DNA from: Eledone cirrhosa
Taxonomy: Eukaryota
Assembly (NCBI GenBank): GCA_964016885.1
Contig: OZ024745.1
Coordinates: forward strand, 6,944,001-7,008,000
Length of the DNA: 64,000 nt
Direction of reading: 5' to 3'
A program made the translations under genes and the position numbers. The notes beneath the pieces are model-generated. The model did not search any database, was not told the origin of the DNA, and was given only the letters and a program-made list of their open reading frames with translations. Of the stretch, positions 63,801 to 64,000 are shown in pieces. Position 1 is the first letter of the stretch. Every line of letters begins with the position of its first letter.

Positions 63801-64000
63801 ATTGTATATAGTATATAGTATTGTATATAGTATATTTAGTATTGTATATAATATATATAGTATTGTTTTGTATATATAGTATGTATAGTATATGTAGTAT
63901 ATATAGTATTGTATAGTATATATAGTATTGTAAAGTATATATAGTATTGTATAGTATATATAATATTGTAAAGTATATATAGTATTGTATAGTATATATA
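60900..64000. repeat. Second copy of the 48500-51100 block, with internal rearrangement
   Basis: Same ordered variants as 48500-51100. The TATTTAG...TTGTTTTGT segment appears twice here (about 62515-62580 and about 63830-63900). Confidence 0.83.
62885..62908. repeat. (TA)12 microsatellite tract, paralogue of 50204-50223
   Basis: Direct count of 24 nt of TA, with near-identical flanks to the (TA)10 tract. Confidence 0.9.

Larger units (their letters stand above)
1..64000. repeat. AT-rich satellite DNA array, 19-bp monomer TAGTATATATAGTATTGTA with 21-bp and longer TA-slippage variants
   Basis: The monomer or a near variant is readable on every line. Near-perfect 19-mer runs occur at about 53835-54080 and 21-mer runs at about 49295-49510. 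G is confined almost entirely to the + strand throughout, so orientation is constant. The array runs off both ends of the window. Confidence 0.98.

Noticed and set aside
1-64000. TATA boxes, -10 elements (TATAAT) and short TA palindromes as regulatory sites
   Set aside because: They are expected in large numbers from composition alone, and there is no associated gene.
1-64000. Telomeric repeat array, suggested by the one-strand G bias
   Set aside because: There are no G-runs, and the kilobase-scale duplications with inherited variants fit recombination-driven satellite evolution, not telomerase synthesis. A subtelomeric location cannot be excluded.
1-64000. Pure sequencing or assembly artefact, or synthetic low-complexity sequence
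   Set aside because: Rare variants are inherited in consistent order across diverged copies, as expected of a real evolving array. Individual duplications still need read support.

Overview
The whole 64 kb window is one continuous, single-orientation, very AT-rich satellite array, almost certainly eukaryotic heterochromatin. The basic monomer is 19 bp (TAGTATATATAGTATTGTA), with 21 bp and longer variants made by TA slippage. Rare point variants show a loose 2-4 kb higher-order unit. They also show several recent tandem duplications (periods about 3.56, 2.37, 4.8, 3.2-3.4 and 4.3-4.4 kb) and one dispersed duplication offset by about 12.5 kb. No listed ORF is a credible gene: the minus strand of the consensus monomer has no stop codon in any frame. 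The only non-satellite DNA I found is a 58-59 bp, about 50% GC island present twice (53477-53534 and 57796-57854). From memory, its minus strand resembles the conserved 5' UTR motif of RTE-clade LINEs and RTE-derived SINEs. It sits at a local rearrangement breakpoint. I found no evidence of a novel coding or defence system. Duplication boundaries were read by eye and are approximate.
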